A DNA stretch of 64,000 nucleotides from the human T2T-CHM13v2.0 reference genome, Homo sapiens. Below, one piece after another: positions 61,662 to 64,000 of the stretch. Where the stretch lies: assembly GCF_009914755.1 (NCBI RefSeq), contig NC_060927.1, one strand, 5' to 3'. The first letter of the stretch is position 1, and every line of letters begins with the position of its first letter. The translations under genes and the position numbers were made by a program. The notes under the pieces were generated by a model. The model saw only the letters and a program-made list of their open reading frames with translations. It was not told the origin of the DNA and did no database searches.

Positions 61662-61820
61662 TTTTTCTTTTTAGAGACAGAGCTTCACTCTATCACCCAG
61701 GCTGGAGTACAGTGTTGTGATCATAGCTCGTTGTAACCTCGAACTCCTGGGCTCAAGTGATCCTCCCGTGTTGGCCTCCCAAAGTGCTGGGATTACAGGT
61801 ATGAGCCACTGTGCCTGGCC
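61662..61820 (-). mobile_element. Chimeric Alu monomer (left-arm 5' end fused to right-arm 3' end; AluJ/FRAM-like)
   Basis: About 160 bp; aacaaac on both flanks; inserted in an L2 tail. Confidence 0.88.
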
Positions 61821-61840
61821 AACAAACGTTTATTATAGTA

Positions 61841-62423
61841 TGTATTAGGGTTCTCTAGAGGGACAGAACCAATAGAATATATGTGTATATATATTATATA
61901 TATATTTTATATATTATCTATATTATATATAATATAGATATATATAATAAAATTTATATATCATATATTATATAATATTGTATATTATATATATTATACA
62001 TATATATTAGGGGAGTTTATTAAGTATTGACTCACACGATTACAAGGTCCCATAATAGGCCATCTGTAAGCTGAGGTGCAAGGAGAGCCAGTCCAAGTCT
62101 CTTAGTCTTAGCTAGCTCTTAGTCTCCGAAACTAAGAACTTGGAGTCTGATGTTTGAGGGCAGGAAGAGTCCAGCATGGGAGAAAGATGTAGGCTGGGAA
62201 GCTAGGCCATTCTAGTCTTTGCACATTTTTCTGCCTGCTTTATATTCTAGCTGTGCTGGCAGCTGATTAGATTGTACCCACCCAGATTAAGAGTGGGTCT
62301 GGCTTTCCCAGGCCGCTGACTCAAACGTTAATCTCCTTTGGCAACACCCTCACAGACACACCCAGGATCAACACTTTGCATCCTTGAATCCCATCAAGTT
62401 GACCCTCAGTATTAACTGTCAGA
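61841..62423 (-). mobile_element. MLT2A-type ERVL solo LTR with expanded TA tract
   Basis: tgtattagggttctctagagggacagaac...catcaagttgaccctcagtattaac; 5 bp TSD tagta at 61836-61840 and 62424-62428. Confidence 0.93.
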
Positions 62424-62676
62424 TAGTATGTGTCCTGTACTTTTCTAGATGTTGGAATTAGAATAGAGGTAGACTCAGATGTAAGTGAGAAAGTGTCTTT
62501 GCAATCAAAAAGTTCAAATTTGTGGAGGGAAAAGAATTATAAAAAAAATTGTTATAATAAATGTGTATTGCATGTTTACTATGTGCTTGTTTTGTTCTAA
62601 GTGCTTTGCTTGCATTCATTCATTTCATCCTTCCAGTAATCTCATGAAGGTTGGTAGGACTACTATCCCCAATTTA

Positions 62677-62764
62677 TGTTAGATCGAACCATGTGAAATT
62701 GCCATTGCCTTTGATATCAGTCAAAGCAGTTGTAGGATAGCAGTTTAATATGGTTTGGCTTAAG
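62677..62764. mobile_element. MADE2-like mariner MITE inside a MIR
   Basis: Degenerate TIRs ttagatcgaaccatgtgaaattgcc...gcagtttaatatggtttggcttaa. Confidence 0.75.
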
Positions 62765-64000
62765 AGACTCGGAACCGTATGTACAGTTACATCATTTGCC
62801 CAAGCCACTCCCATAGTAAGTGATGGAGCTAGGTTCTGAACCCACGTAGTCTGACTCCAGAGCACACGTACCTGACCCCACATAGGCTAAGCTGCCTGAT
62901 AATTGGAGTGTTGGTGCTCAGAGGTGGGAGTAGCTGCTTGCTTTGCCTGAAGAAATCATAGAAAGCTTTCCTACAGTGGGATGTGGGCTCTTAACATTCC
63001 TTGACTTCATGCTCCCTGTCTACCACTATATTCTAGGTTTATCAAGGGCAGAACCCTGTTACTTACTCATCACCTACATCATGGCACCTGGTCCAGTGCT
63101 TTGAATTTAGGAAGAATTCCATAAAAAATATTTGTTTACTATTACCGTCAGTGTGTCTTGGTTTTCTAAGAGACAAAATGTGAAAAAGGAAGAGCGCGGG
63201 GTTGAGCCTGAGAATTCGGGGCTTAGGAAGAAGAAAAGAAAAAATTCCCAAAGTACCTGAAATAAAGATAATGAAAAGTTCCTCTAACTCAACAATAATT
63301 AATAGTAATAAATGATTCATAACATTATAATAAACTTTTTAGTTTATTTAGTTCCTGGATAGGTGAGCACTGGCTATTCAGACTATGAAAAACGAGGGAA
63401 TTTGATTTGTGAAGAAATAGATTTTTACAAGAAAGCTTCCTGCTTTCTAATCTGTCTGTTCCAGCCTAACTTTGTCACATCAATGCTTAATGCTTGATTT
63501 CTTTATAATGCAAGGGTTATCCTCATAGAGAGAAATCTCAAAAGGGTTCGGTGTCTTAAGTGTATTACTCTATGTTAGGACTGAGAAACTATAGTTTTGT
63601 TGTTTTTTTTTTTTTGACAGAGGTAGAGATTAGAGCAGAGAAAAAAGATTTAAACACATTTCCATAGGCTGACTTTAATTGTGGCAGAAGCCCCTTAAGT
63701 CACACTTAATGATTGTTTTCTCCAAGGAGAGCATTCTCGTGCGCATCCAATGTTGACTCCATTGATAATATGTACATAGTCTCATTCTAACATAATCTAA
63801 ATCTGCTAATTATGGAGTGGTTTGTGTTGGTAACCAGATTCTATGCTTTTGCCTTCTAGCATATTCCTAATTTTTTTTTTTTTTTTTTTTTGCCAACCAT
63901 GGGAGCACAAAGAAGTGACTGGAACTTTCTGTAAAATTTATGAGCTGGTCTTATTTTTATGATAAAAGATTTGCTCTTCAGTATACCCTCTGGTAAATTT

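Overview
This is primate (human-like) non-coding genomic DNA: AT-rich, CpG-depleted and dense in interspersed repeats. The repeats include about 12 Alu or Alu-monomer copies, L1PA/L1M/HAL1 fragments, L2, MIR, MaLR and ERVL LTRs with a HERVL pol/dUTPase relic, and hAT, Tigger and mariner fossils. I find no intact host protein-coding gene, RNA gene or CRISPR array. The ORF track consists of broken L1 ORF2, Alu read-through and chance ORFs. L1 and LTR copies lie mostly on the - strand, which suggests (inference) a long intron of a gene transcribed on +. I cannot name that gene. I cannot support a new multi-gene biological system. The unusual signals are DNA-repair and retrotransposition scars: (i) a ~370 bp sequence-identical templated copy (47947-48317 to 49850-50222) with a multi-step template-switch junction, (ii) an older 133 bp dispersed duplication (14722 and 16463), (iii) two twin-primed inverted L1 insertions, one of them miniature, and (iv) several snap-back micro-insertions. 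A few repeat-free, motif-dense candidate enhancers and one candidate + strand exon are also noted. Repeat subfamily names come from recalled consensus sequences and were not verified by a search. Boundaries of the ancient repeats are approximate.
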